DNA of 59,001 nt, counting the filler. It is 4 parts of 4 records of this genome, joined end to end, with 100 filler letters (N's around TTAATTAATTAA, not from the genome) between each part and the next. Parts side by side here need not be neighbours in the genome. Positions count along the whole stretch, not along the records: positions 1 to 25,165 come from SRR2962707_4747; 3 more parts are not named here. The stretch is one strand, 5' to 3'. Positions within the stretch are counted from its first letter, which is position 1. Every line of letters begins with the position of its first letter. Made by a program: the position numbers and the translations under genes. The notes below the pieces were generated by a model. It did no database searches, was not told the DNA's origin, and was given only the letters and a program-made list of their open reading frames with translations. This document shows, one piece after another, positions 9,661 to 19,279 of this stretch.

Positions 9661-10392
9661 ATGACCAACACGCAACGCATTGCGCTTGTGACCGGCGCCA
9701 ATAAGGGGATCGGGTTTGAAATTGCCCGCCAGCTCAAGGCGGCGGGTGTCACCATTATCGTAGGCGCCCGCGATGGTGAACGTGGCAAGACGGCGGCTGC
9801 AGCGCTGTCGAGCACGGATGAGCAGGTCGCGTTCATCCAGATCGATGTGACGGACGCAGCCAGCATTGGGGCCGCTGCGGCCGAGATCGAGGCCCGGCAC
9901 GGGCGGCTGGACATCCTGATCAACAATGCCGGGATCGTCGACGCGGCAGACGGCCCGCCCAGCGTGTCGGATATCGATGCGGTGAGACGGCTGATGGAGA
10001 CCAATTTCATCGGCGCGCTGAGCGTGACCCAGGCCATGCTGCCGCTCTTGCGCAGGGCGCCGGCCGCCCGGATCGTCAACCTGTCCACGACATTGGGTTC
10101 GCTGACGATCAATGGCGACCCCAGCTCGCCCTATTATGAGGCCCGGCTGATTGGCTACAACGCTTCGAAAGCGGCGCTGAACATGCTGAGCGTGCAACTG
10201 GCCGCAGAGCTGGCGGGAAGCGGAATCGCGGTCAATGCGGTGGCGCCGGGCTATGTCAAAACCGACCTGACGGGGCATGCCGGCTTCATGAGCGCTGAAG
10301 AGGGCGCCAGGCTGCCGGTGCAATATGCCTTGCTGGGTGCAGACGCGGTCTCCGGGCGCTTTGTGGCGCCAGACGGGGAAACACCCTGGTAG
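9661..10392 (+). CDS. Short-chain dehydrogenase/reductase (carbonyl reductase-like)
   Basis: TGANKGIG, NNAG, YNASK and PGYVKTDL; divergent from the TetR gene. Confidence 0.92.
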   Translation: MTNTQRIALVTGANKGIGFEIARQLKAAGVTIIVGARDGERGKTAAAALSSTDEQVAFIQIDVTDAASIGAAAAEIEARHGRLDILINNAGIVDAADGPPSVSDIDAVRRLMETNFIGALSVTQAMLPLLRRAPAARIVNLSTTLGSLTINGDPSSPYYEARLIGYNASKAALNMLSVQLAAELAGSGIAVNAVAPGYVKTDLTGHAGFMSAEEGARLPVQYALLGADAVSGRFVAPDGETPW

Positions 10393-10431
10393 GAGCGGGC
10401 TGATCCAGCTGGGCGGGTGGTGGCTGCCCGC

Positions 10432-11784
10432 TCAGGCTTGCGCGGCGCGCCTTGGCTCGTTTTCGACGCGGTGCTCGAAATCAGCCAGGGCCATGGGCCG
10501 ACCGTAAAGATAGCCCTGGAACTGGGTGCAGCCGGCCTGAGCGAGCAGGGTATGCTGTTCCATGGTTTCGACGCCTTCGGCCAGCACGTCGTGATCGAGA
10601 TCGTGGCCGATGCGGATGACGTTCTTGACCAGCGAGGTGCTCTGGCTGGTGCTGGCGGCGTCCTGAACAAAGCCGCGGTCAATCTTGATTTGCTGGATGG
10701 GCAGCCGGCGCAGATAGGACAGGGACGAAAAGCCGGTGCCGAAATCATCGAGCGAGATGGTGATGCCCAGCGCGCGCAGGCGGTGGAGGCGGGCGATCAC
10801 CAGCTCCATATCGGTGACCAGAATGCTCTCGGTCAGTTCTAGGATCAGCTGACGCGGGTTGGCGCGGGTCTTGACCAGCGTGTCGCGCACAAAATTCTCG
10901 AAATCGGCATGCATGAGCTGGCTGGCGCTGACATTGACCGACAGGGTGAGGTGCCGAAATTGGGGAATCTTGCCCCATTGCGCCAGGGTGTAGCAGCCTT
11001 TTTCGAGCACCCAGCCGCCAATGGCGATCATCAGGCCAAGCTTTTCGGCCTGCGGGATGAACTCGATCGGCGATACCGTGCCGCGTTGCGGGCTGTTCCA
11101 GCGCAATAGCGCCTCGGCGCCAATGGTGGCGCGGGCCAGATCGACCTGTGGCTGGAAAACCAGCTGGAACTCGTCATTCCACAGCGCGGCCATCAGATCG
11201 CGGCTGAACCTGTCCTTGCGGACAAACTCGGCCTGCATGGCATGGACGCTGGCTGCCAGCAGCGTGGTGGCGAAGATTGCATTGGCCCAGGTGCCGCCCA
11301 CGCGCAGCGTGTCGGGCATGGTCAGGACATAGGGGGAGGCCAGCGGTGCGCTGGCGAGCACGACAAAGGCCAAAAGGCACAGGCCGATCAGGGCGAGCTG
11401 GATGCGCGAATTCTCGCGCTGGTAATTGAGATAGCCCAGAGCGGCGATTACCAGCAGATAGAGATGGCTGACGCGGGGTACCTCGGCAGTGGGAACATCG
11501 AGCACCAGGCCCATGATGATGGCGATGAGCATCAGGGCGGCCTGAGCGGCCAGAAGGCCGAAGGTGAGATGGCCACGCCGGATCAAGCCATAGATGGCCA
11601 GCCCGGTGGCAATGATGGCGATGTCCAGCGCCACCACGCCCCACCAGCCGATGACCGCAAAGACTACGGCCCAGCCCAGACCAATGGCCGCTATGGCCAG
11701 CGAGCCATAGCGATAGGCAACGACCATTCGGGTTGAATAGTGGCTGCTGGCTGCCGAAGAGGGGCCTAGCGCTGATCTTGCCAT
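10432..11784 (-). CDS. Membrane-anchored EAL-only c-di-GMP phosphodiesterase
   Basis: About six TM helices, then EALLRW, NVS, ELTES, DDFGTGFSSL, KIDR, EGVE and QGY; start ATG 11784 with GGAG RBS. Confidence 0.88.
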   Translation of the reverse strand: MARSALGPSSAASSHYSTRMVVAYRYGSLAIAAIGLGWAVVFAVIGWWGVVALDIAIIATGLAIYGLIRRGHLTFGLLAAQAALMLIAIIMGLVLDVPTAEVPRVSHLYLLVIAALGYLNYQRENSRIQLALIGLCLLAFVVLASAPLASPYVLTMPDTLRVGGTWANAIFATTLLAASVHAMQAEFVRKDRFSRDLMAALWNDEFQLVFQPQVDLARATIGAEALLRWNSPQRGTVSPIEFIPQAEKLGLMIAIGGWVLEKGCYTLAQWGKIPQFRHLTLSVNVSASQLMHADFENFVRDTLVKTRANPRQLILELTESILVTDMELVIARLHRLRALGITISLDDFGTGFSSLSYLRRLPIQQIKIDRGFVQDAASTSQSTSLVKNVIRIGHDLDHDVLAEGVETMEQHTLLAQAGCTQFQGYLYGRPMALADFEHRVENEPRRAAQA

Positions 11785-12023
11785 ACATGCTCCGAGCGCG
11801 GCATCAGGTGACGCCATGGTGCACGATAGCGGCGGCGTTGTTAAGAACACGTGTGCCGGCCTGCGCTGTGGCGGGGAGGTTCTGCCTGGTATGCGCATCA
11901 ATCGACGCCGGATATGGAACGAGCATTGACCCGGTTCGTTGGTGTGCTCACGGTTGCAGCATTCGGCCCCGCGTCGTTGCGCCAAGCGACTGAATTCCCC
12001 TGATGACAAGAGGTAACAAGCCG

Positions 12024-12701
12024 ATGAAAATTCTCATGGTTCTGACATCGCACGACCAGCTGGGCGACACGGGAAAAAAGACCGGCTTCTGGCTCGAAGA
12101 ATTTGCAGCGCCCTATTACGTGTTCAAGGATGCGGGCGCCGAGGTTACGCTGGCGTCGCCCAAGGGCGGGCAGCCGCCGATCGATCCATCCAGCGATGCG
12201 GAAGACGCCCAGACCGAAGCAACCAAGCGCTTCAAGGGGGATACCGCGGCGCAGCAGGATCTGGCCCACACCACCACGCTGGCGGATGTTTCGGCCGATG
12301 GTTTTGACGCGATCTTTTACCCGGGCGGCCATGGTCCGCTATGGGATCTGGCCGAGGATGCCCATAGCAAGGCGCTGATTGAAGCCTTTGCCGGCAGTGA
12401 CCGCCCCGTGGGGGCTGTGTGCCATGCCCCCGCCGTATTCCGGCATACCCAAGGCCAGGACGGAAAGCCTCTGGTATCGGGCAAGACGGTGACCGGTTTC
12501 ACCAATACGGAAGAAGAAGCGGCCGGCCTGACCAAGGTGGTGCCATTTCTGGTCGAAGACATGCTCAAGGCCAATGGCGGTGAGTACCAGAAGGGCGCTG
12601 ACTGGGCCTCGTTCGTAGTGACCGACGGCAAGCTGGTGACCGGGCAGAACCCGGCTTCATCAGAAGAAGCTGCACGCAAGCTGCTGGGCCTGCTGGGCTA
12701 G
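12024..12701 (+). CDS. DJ-1/PfpI (Hsp31-like, type 1 glutamine amidotransferase domain) protein
   Basis: TGFWLEEFAAPY, PGGHGP, AVCHAP nucleophile elbow and TGQNPAS. Confidence 0.92.
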   Translation: MKILMVLTSHDQLGDTGKKTGFWLEEFAAPYYVFKDAGAEVTLASPKGGQPPIDPSSDAEDAQTEATKRFKGDTAAQQDLAHTTTLADVSADGFDAIFYPGGHGPLWDLAEDAHSKALIEAFAGSDRPVGAVCHAPAVFRHTQGQDGKPLVSGKTVTGFTNTEEEAAGLTKVVPFLVEDMLKANGGEYQKGADWASFVVTDGKLVTGQNPASSEEAARKLLGLLG

Positions 12702-12708
12702 AGGCAAT

Positions 12709-12735
12709 CGGGGAGGCCGGATGACGGCCTCCCCG
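12709..12735. terminator. Bidirectional terminator hairpin
   Basis: Perfect 11-bp stem CGGGGAGGCCG / CGGCCTCCCCG between convergent genes. Confidence 0.75.
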
Positions 12736-12752
12736 TTGTTAATGAGACGCTG

Positions 12753-13289
12753 TTAGAGCGCGCCCTGATACTCGCCGCGCGCCGGGTAGTCGTTCTTGAT
12801 GGCGAAATCGAGTGCGGAGACCAGCTCGGCGAAGTGCGGGCGCACGAAGGGCATGGTCTGGACCGAGCCGTAATACAGCGTCTGGCCGGGCGAGACCAGG
12901 AACAGGCCGGGTTCGGAAAACAGGGCTGGTTCTTCGATACCGATCGAGGTCTTGCCGCGCGAGGTCGAGATATAGAGGCCCCATTCGCGGGCCTTTTCCA
13001 ATGACAATCCGTAGCCGATCTGCAGCTTGCTGGCGCCGATCTTGTCGGCCATTGCGCGGGCGCGTTCCTCGGTATCGGTGCTCAGGGCGATAACCGAAAC
13101 GCCGCGCTCGGCGAAGTCGTCGATGCGGGACTCCAGATCCTTGAGGTAGTTGGCGCAGATGGGGCAGTGCAGGCCGCGATAAAAGCAGACGACCGTACCG
13201 CGTTCTGCCTGCGCCTCGGAGAGGTTGAAAACCCCGTTGTCCAGGGTCTGGACGGAGAGGTCAGGGGTTTTCTGGCGGGGCATCAGCAC
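12753..13289 (-). CDS. AhpC/TSA peroxiredoxin-like protein
   Basis: FYRGLHCPIC (CxxC), FSEPGLFLV and YPARG; GTG start with GGAG RBS. Confidence 0.88.
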   Translation of the reverse strand: MLMPRQKTPDLSVQTLDNGVFNLSEAQAERGTVVCFYRGLHCPICANYLKDLESRIDDFAERGVSVIALSTDTEERARAMADKIGASKLQIGYGLSLEKAREWGLYISTSRGKTSIGIEEPALFSEPGLFLVSPGQTLYYGSVQTMPFVRPHFAELVSALDFAIKNDYPARGEYQGAL

Positions 13290-13378
13290 GGGCAGTCTCC
13301 TTGAAGGGGTTATAGCTTGCCATGGTGATAGCCGATGTTATGATATGAAAAATCCTAAAAAAAAGATCGTAACGCCGA

Positions 13379-14146
13379 ATGCAGCCTCTGGATCGTCTAT
13401 CCGCCCTGATGGCGCGGTTTGAACTGAGTGTCACGGCAACCGAGATTGCCCAAGGCAATCTGCTGGTGCTGGCGGATGCCCAATCGGGCTGCGCAACGCG
13501 ACTGATCCTGCGGGCGAGCGGTAGCGTGGCCGGGTTCGATACAGGTGGACAGAGCGTATTGCTGAGCGCCCGGGTGGATTGGGGCGGTACCGATAATCCC
13601 CTGCTGACCGCCTTGCCCGAGACGTTGGAACACGCGCTGTGCGACGACGATGAAATCAAGCTGCTGACCCAGTTGCTGGTGGACGAACACAAGGGGGCGC
13701 GCTGCGGCTCCAAATCGGTGATCAATCGTCTGGGCGAGGTGCTGGTGGTGCGCCTGCTGCGCCGCCAACTGGAAGCGGGCAGCCTGCGTGTTGGATTGCT
13801 GGGCGGGCTGGCCGACAAGCGGCTGAGCCGCGCTATCGTGGCCATGCATGAGCGGCCCGAGCGGGTGTGGAGCGTAGATGATCTGGCCGAGATTGCCGGG
13901 CTATCAGTCAGCCGGTTTGCGCAATTGTTTAAGGCCGCCGTCGGGCAAAGCCCGCTGAGCTATCTGCGCAAATGGCGTCTGGTGCTGGCCAAGCAGGACA
14001 TTGAGCGCGGTGACCGGGTATCGAGTACGGCGTTGCGCTATGGCTATGGCTCGTCGGAAGCCATGAGCCGGGCGTTTTACCAGCAATACAGGATCAAGCC
14101 GGTGGCCCTGCGCAAGCAGATGGCCGAGGGGCTGGCGCGGCCATAG
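13379..14146 (+). CDS. AraC-family regulator with cupin-like N-terminus (RclR-like)
   Basis: AMHERPERVWSVDDLAEIAGLS...GQSPLSYLRKWRL...GYGSSEAMSRAF double HTH. Confidence 0.88.
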   Translation: MQPLDRLSALMARFELSVTATEIAQGNLLVLADAQSGCATRLILRASGSVAGFDTGGQSVLLSARVDWGGTDNPLLTALPETLEHALCDDDEIKLLTQLLVDEHKGARCGSKSVINRLGEVLVVRLLRRQLEAGSLRVGLLGGLADKRLSRAIVAMHERPERVWSVDDLAEIAGLSVSRFAQLFKAAVGQSPLSYLRKWRLVLAKQDIERGDRVSSTALRYGYGSSEAMSRAFYQQYRIKPVALRKQMAEGLARP

Positions 14147-14212
14147 CCGGGACCAACGCGGCGCGGTTCTGACAAAAACCGTGTGTAGCGCGCTGTCTGG
14201 CACGATCCGACA

Positions 14213-14252
14213 TTGACATGTTTCTATGTGCACTTTAATGCATGCATTAATG
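14213..14252 (+). promoter_or_regulatory. Promoter with a perfect palindromic operator (copy 1)
   Basis: TTGACA at 14213-14218 followed by TTAATGCATGCATTAA at 14235-14250 over the expected -10 region. Confidence 0.7.
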
Positions 14253-14281
14253 AAGTCGATGAGCTTGAGGGCGTGTTTGCA

Positions 14282-15322
14282 ATGGGAATGACGAAGACAG
14301 TTGTATCGATCGAGGGCGAGAGCTTTTTGGTCAATGGCGAGGTGCTGCATCAGGGGCAGAGCTATAAGGGCCACAGCATTGAGGGCCTGTTGTTCAATTC
14401 GCGCATGGCCAATGCCATGTCGGACGATGAGAACCCCAGCACGCGTGGCGTATGGGCCTATCTCGATGGTCCGTTTTCGGCCGAGTGCAATGTCAGCGAG
14501 TTCATCGCCCAGCTGCCCGAATACAACCGGCACGGGCTCGATGCGGTGTGCATCAACATGCAGGGCGGCAGCCCGCAGGGTTATAGCTGGGTGCAGCCCT
14601 GGGAAATCACGGCGTTCAACGCCGATGGTTCGATCAAACCAGCCTGGCTGGAGCGTCTGGACCAGATCATCACCGCCTGTGACGAACTGGGCATGGTTGT
14701 GGTGCTGGGCCTGTTCTACTGGAAGCAGACGCGCGTCTTCAAAGACGAGGACGCGGTCAAGGCAGCGGTCACCAATACGGTCGACTGGCTGGCCGAGCGC
14801 GGCGCGCGCAATGTGATCATGGAAATCGGCAATGAGGTCGACCTCAAGTTCGCCCATGAGATCATTGAGGCGGCGCGTGGCGATGAGCTGATCAAGCTGG
14901 CGCAGTCGCATTCCGAAGGGCGGTTTGACACGCCGGCCAAGCGCCTGCTGGTCAGCACCAGCCTGGCATTCCCCAACCAGCCGACTGATGCGCATATGGC
15001 CTGCGCCGACTTCCTGTTGCTGCATGGCAATGCCACGCACCACCCTGACAGCGTGCGCCTGCTGGTGTCGCGCTACCGGGCGAACCCGGCCTATCGCGGC
15101 CAGCCGCTGGTGTTCAACGAAGACGACCATTTCGATTTCGACAAGAGCGACAACAACATGCTGGCAGCCATCGAGATGCATGCTGGCTGGGGCTATTTCG
15201 ACTACCGCATGAGCCGCGAAAACTACGAATATGGCTATCAGTCGCTACCCGTGGACTGGTCGATCTCGACCGACCGCAAGAAGGGGTTCTTCAACCTGCT
15301 CAAGCAGGTCACCGGCAAGTAG
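14282..15322 (+). CDS. Cytoplasmic clan GH-A-like (TIM-barrel) putative glycoside hydrolase
   Basis: MEIGNE (NE acid/base-like) and PLVFNED (nucleophile-like) motifs, WLERLDQIITACDELGMVVVLGLFY helix-strand pattern, no signal peptide; family assignment is inference. Confidence 0.6.
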   Translation: MGMTKTVVSIEGESFLVNGEVLHQGQSYKGHSIEGLLFNSRMANAMSDDENPSTRGVWAYLDGPFSAECNVSEFIAQLPEYNRHGLDAVCINMQGGSPQGYSWVQPWEITAFNADGSIKPAWLERLDQIITACDELGMVVVLGLFYWKQTRVFKDEDAVKAAVTNTVDWLAERGARNVIMEIGNEVDLKFAHEIIEAARGDELIKLAQSHSEGRFDTPAKRLLVSTSLAFPNQPTDAHMACADFLLLHGNATHHPDSVRLLVSRYRANPAYRGQPLVFNEDDHFDFDKSDNNMLAAIEMHAGWGYFDYRMSRENYEYGYQSLPVDWSISTDRKKGFFNLLKQVTGK

Positions 15323-15337
15323 GCTGAAGCATCTGTC

Positions 15338-15646
15338 ATGGCCTATGTCGTTGTCGTTGATCTGACACTCGCGCCCCAGCATCGGGGGGATTTCATGCCC
15401 CTGATGCTGGCCAATGCCACAGCCTCGCTCGCCCATGAGCCCGGCTGTCGGCAGTTTGACGTCTGTGTGTCCGTGCAGGACGCCAATAGCGTGCTGCTCT
15501 ACGAAGTCTATGACAGCGCCGCCGCTTTCCAGACACATCTGGAAAGCCCGCATTTCCAGAGTTTTGACCAGAATAGTGCCGCCATGGTGACCCACAAGAG
15601 CGTGCGCAGCTACCTGTTGCCGGATACATCGGCGGCAGGCGCATGA
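15338..15646 (+). CDS. ABM/LsrG-like dimeric alpha-beta barrel protein
   Basis: EPGCRQFDV, LLYEVY and AFQTHLESPHF motifs. Confidence 0.88.
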   Translation: MAYVVVVDLTLAPQHRGDFMPLMLANATASLAHEPGCRQFDVCVSVQDANSVLLYEVYDSAAAFQTHLESPHFQSFDQNSAAMVTHKSVRSYLLPDTSAAGA

Positions 15647-16929
15647 GGCTGGGGGTCATTGCCGACGATTTTACCGGCGCCAGCGACATTGCCAATGTCA
15701 TTGCCCGGACCAGCGGGGATGGACGGGCATTGCGGGTGGCGCAATATTTCGCGCTGCCCCAGCAACCTGCCGATGATGCCGTCGATGTTGGCGTCGTCTC
15801 GCTGAAGTTCCGCTCCCTGCCGGCTCAAGAGGCGGTCGCGCAAGCGCTGTCTGCGCTGAAGTGGCTGCAGGCGCAGGGCGCAAGCCAGATCATCTACAAA
15901 TACTGTTCAACTTTTGACTCCACACCGGCAGGCAATATCGGCCCGGTGGGGGAGGCACTGGCGGCAGCGCTGCAGGTCAAGGGTGTTGTGGCCTGTCCGG
16001 CGTTTCCGCAAACCGGGCGCACGGTCTATCAGGGCCATCTGTTCGTGCAGGGAAAATTGCTGCATGAATCGGGCCTTGAGAACCATCCGTTGAACCCGAT
16101 GACCGATGCGTATCTGCCGCGCTGGCTGGCGCAGCAGACGCAAAGCCCGGTGGGGTTGATTGATCGTTCCAAGATCGTTGCGGGGGCGGCGGCAGTTGCG
16201 GCGGCCCTGGGTCAGGCCGCAGCGGAAGGGCAGGTGCTGGTCATCGCCGATGCCATTGATGATGGCGATCTGGAGGTGCTGGCGCAGGCGGTGGCTGACG
16301 CGCCCCTGGTCACAGGCGGTTCGGCAATCGCGGCGGGTCTGGCGCGGGCGCATATCAGGGCCGGTGGCGGCAAGCCGAGCGGCACGCTGGGCGTGGGCAT
16401 CCAAGGTCCTGCCGTGGTCCTGGCGGGCAGCTGCTCGCGCGCAACACGAGAACAGGTCGCGCAATTCAGCGCAGACCATCCTGCATTGCTTGTTGAGGCC
16501 GCCGCGCTGATGGGCGGGCGGATCACGCCCGAAGACGCGTTGGCATTTGTGAAGGCCCAGGGCGGTCGGACCCCGATCATCTATTCTTCAGTAGCGCCCG
16601 ATCTGCTCAAGCAGGTGCAGACACAGTTTGGCGGCGCTGTGCTGGCCGAGCGGCTGGATCGTTTCTTTGCCGATACGGCGCGGCTTGTGGTGGCCAATGG
16701 CGTGCGGCGGCTGGTGGTCGCGGGTGGTGAGACCTCGGGGGCGGTTGCGTCCAGTCTGGGGCTCACCGACGTCGAGATTGGACCCGAAATAGCGCCCGGC
16801 GTACCGGTGCTGGTGGCGCAGGGTGAAACGCCGCTTGCTCTGGCGCTCAAGTCGGGCAATTTTGGCACCGCCGATTTCTTCGCACGAGCGCTCGATCTGA
16901 TGGCGCACCCAGAACAGGATCCGAGATGA
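15643..16929 (+). CDS. otnK: 3-oxo-tetronate kinase (four-carbon acid-sugar kinase family)
   Basis: ADDFTGASD, KYCSTFDSTPAGNIGPV, HPLNPMTD, GSCS, GGETSG and LKSGNFG. Confidence 0.88.
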   Translation: MRLGVIADDFTGASDIANVIARTSGDGRALRVAQYFALPQQPADDAVDVGVVSLKFRSLPAQEAVAQALSALKWLQAQGASQIIYKYCSTFDSTPAGNIGPVGEALAAALQVKGVVACPAFPQTGRTVYQGHLFVQGKLLHESGLENHPLNPMTDAYLPRWLAQQTQSPVGLIDRSKIVAGAAAVAAALGQAAAEGQVLVIADAIDDGDLEVLAQAVADAPLVTGGSAIAAGLARAHIRAGGGKPSGTLGVGIQGPAVVLAGSCSRATREQVAQFSADHPALLVEAAALMGGRITPEDALAFVKAQGGRTPIIYSSVAPDLLKQVQTQFGGAVLAERLDRFFADTARLVVANGVRRLVVAGGETSGAVASSLGLTDVEIGPEIAPGVPVLVAQGETPLALALKSGNFGTADFFARALDLMAHPEQDPR

Positions 16930-17561
16930 GCCAAGCCGAGCTACGAGCGCAGATTGTCGAGTTGTCGCGCTCCCTGTTTGAGCGTGGCTATTCCGTGGGC
17001 TCGTCGGGCAATATCAGCGTGGCAGTTGAGGGGGGCGGCTTTCTGGTGACGCCAACCAATAGCTGCCTGGGTCGGCTTGATGTAGACGCGATCTCGCTGC
17101 TCGACGCGGACTGGAACCATATCGGAGGCGATGCGCCATCCAAGGAAGTGTTTCTGCACCGCGCTTTTTACGAATCCCGGCCCGGCACGGGTGCGGTGGT
17201 GCATCTGCATTCGACCTATGCCACGGCGCTATCGTGTCTGAGTGATACCGACCCGTCGGACTGCATTCCGCCGATCACACCCTATGTGGTGATGCGCGTG
17301 GGGACGGTGCGAATGGTGGATTACGCCATGCCGGGTGACCCGGTGACCGGCGATCTTATTCGCGGGCTCGATGGACAGGCGGCAGCGGTTCTGCTGGCCA
17401 ATCATGGACCCGTGGTGGCTGGCGCCAATCTGACAGCGGCGGTCTATGCGGCCGAAGAGCTGGAGGAAACGGCCAAGCTGGTGTTTCTGATGCGTGGTCT
17501 GGCATCACGACAGTTGACGGCCGAGCAGGTGGCGGCGCTGAACGCGCGGTTCAAGCGCTAG
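16926..17561 (+). CDS. otnC: 3-oxo-tetronate 4-phosphate decarboxylase (class II aldolase family)
   Basis: GSSGNIS, TPTNSCLG, PSKE, HLHS, TPYVVMRVG, LANHGPV and EELEETAKL; ATGA overlap with otnK. Confidence 0.88.
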   Translation: MSQAELRAQIVELSRSLFERGYSVGSSGNISVAVEGGGFLVTPTNSCLGRLDVDAISLLDADWNHIGGDAPSKEVFLHRAFYESRPGTGAVVHLHSTYATALSCLSDTDPSDCIPPITPYVVMRVGTVRMVDYAMPGDPVTGDLIRGLDGQAAAVLLANHGPVVAGANLTAAVYAAEELEETAKLVFLMRGLASRQLTAEQVAALNARFKR

Positions 17562-17562
17562 G

Positions 17563-18288
17563 CTAGATCTGGGTCAGTCCGAGCCGTTCAAGCAATTCGA
17601 CCAGCATCTTGCCGGCACGCCGCCGATGCTCTTCGTGGATGGCGCGGGCTTCCTGCGGTTTGCCATCGATTATGGCCTGCACCATGGCCTCGTGCTCACG
17701 GTTGGAGTCGGTGGGGGTGGGCCGCAGGCGCAAGGTGAGCAGACGGGCGCGATGGGCCTGATCCCATAGCTGGGCGACCATCTGGATCAGGCGCTGATTG
17801 CCGCTCAATTCGACCAGGGTGAGGTGGAACCGCTCATCGGCAGCAGCCCAGGCCTGCAGGTCTTCCTGCTCAAGCGCCTTGTCCATGTCGCGGACGGGAG
17901 CCTGCAGGGCCGAAATCTGGCGATTGCTGAGGCCACGCTGCGCCACGGCTTCGGCGGCGGCGCCTTCCAGGGCCGTCATGATTTCATAGATATCGCGCAT
18001 GTCATCGGCGGAAATCGGCAGCACGCGCATGCCGTGTCGCGGCCGGATTTCGACAATGCCTTCCTGACGCAGGCGCACCATGGCCTCGCGTACAGGGGTG
18101 CGGCTCATGTTCAGCCGGGCGGCTGCTTCGAGCTCAAGCATCTGTGCGCCGGCAGGCAGGGTGCCATCCAGAATGAGCTGCTTGAGCTGCACATAGGCCT
18201 GATCAGCCTGACTGCTGCGATCCGCCGGCTTGCCGGGGGCGTCAGGCCGCAAAGACGGCGATCGTTCGGCCTTGCTGATCTGACTCAT
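17563..18288 (-). CDS. GntR/FadR-family regulator (FCD domain)
   Basis: LNMSRTPVREA HTH; ADERFH, SGNQRL and SNREH FCD motifs. Confidence 0.92.
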   Translation of the reverse strand: MSQISKAERSPSLRPDAPGKPADRSSQADQAYVQLKQLILDGTLPAGAQMLELEAAARLNMSRTPVREAMVRLRQEGIVEIRPRHGMRVLPISADDMRDIYEIMTALEGAAAEAVAQRGLSNRQISALQAPVRDMDKALEQEDLQAWAAADERFHLTLVELSGNQRLIQMVAQLWDQAHRARLLTLRLRPTPTDSNREHEAMVQAIIDGKPQEARAIHEEHRRRAGKMLVELLERLGLTQI

Positions 18289-19279
18289 AGACGGCGTCCT
18301 CTATCCGGAGATTGTTCAAGTATGCGGCGGCCAGGTTTACAGGGGGCAAATCGCCCAACAGGCTATCTACAACTGCGCGTTGTAACCGAAACACGCAGTC
18401 ACCGCCAAAATCTTCGTCGCGCCAAGTGTAAGGCAGCGGCTGGGACTGGTTGGTGCCTAGTCTGCGAATACTGATTTCACCGTCGCCATTCAAAGCAATA
18501 CTGCCGTACTCGGCCTCGATCAGCATTTCGCCCATGGTCAGCCGGCGGTTTTCCGCAGGGTGATCGGACAGGCGGTTGGCGTCCAGGGTGGCCAGTACGC
18601 CATTGTCCATTTCAAGCACGACCAGCCCGGCATCCTCGCCGGCAATGACCGGATTGAGGCGCCGCAGCTTGGCCGAGACCGTGCGGACCTCACCGAACAG
18701 GAAGCGGAACACATCGACAATGTGAATGCCGGTTTCGTGAACCATGAAGCGCTTCATGTCCCGGAAATAGGGCTGGCGGGCCAGATAGGCATCGGGGCCG
18801 CCACCATCGCCCGGGCGCAGCCGGAAGGTGGCGCTGAACACGGCGCCGAGCTCGCCGCTGGCCAGCAGCATGCTGATGGCGTGATACCAGGGCTGGAAGC
18901 GGAAATTCTCGTGTACGATCAGCTTGATGTCGGCGGCGCGGGCGATCTCCACGGCCTGTTCAGCGGTGGCCAGATCGTCGCAGAAGGGCTTTTGGCAGAT
19001 GACGTTGATACCGCGTGCTGCGGCAGCCTTGATGGCCTGCAGATGCACGGCCGGGGGCGCGATGACATCGAGCAGGTCGATTGTCACATTGTCGAGCATG
19101 GCGTCGAGCTGGTCGTAGGCCTGCCCGATCTCGAACTGCCCGGCTGTCTGTTGGGCGAGCGCTGCATCGCGGTCGCAGGTTGCGACCAGCGTGACTTGAG
19201 GTATCCGCCGCCAGGCGCGGTGGTGAAACTGGCTGAAATAGCCATTGCCCAGCGTGGCGACCCGCAGCTTTTGCGTCAT
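18242..19279 (-). CDS. Gfo/Idh/MocA oxidoreductase, D-apiose dehydrogenase-like subfamily
   Basis: GNGYFS, ICQKPF, VHENFRFQP, QPYF, GIHIVD and RLNPVIAGED motifs. Confidence 0.85.
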   Translation of the reverse strand: MTQKLRVATLGNGYFSQFHHRAWRRIPQVTLVATCDRDAALAQQTAGQFEIGQAYDQLDAMLDNVTIDLLDVIAPPAVHLQAIKAAAARGINVICQKPFCDDLATAEQAVEIARAADIKLIVHENFRFQPWYHAISMLLASGELGAVFSATFRLRPGDGGGPDAYLARQPYFRDMKRFMVHETGIHIVDVFRFLFGEVRTVSAKLRRLNPVIAGEDAGLVVLEMDNGVLATLDANRLSDHPAENRRLTMGEMLIEAEYGSIALNGDGEISIRRLGTNQSQPLPYTWRDEDFGGDCVFRLQRAVVDSLLGDLPPVNLAAAYLNNLRIEDAVYESDQQGRTIAVFAA

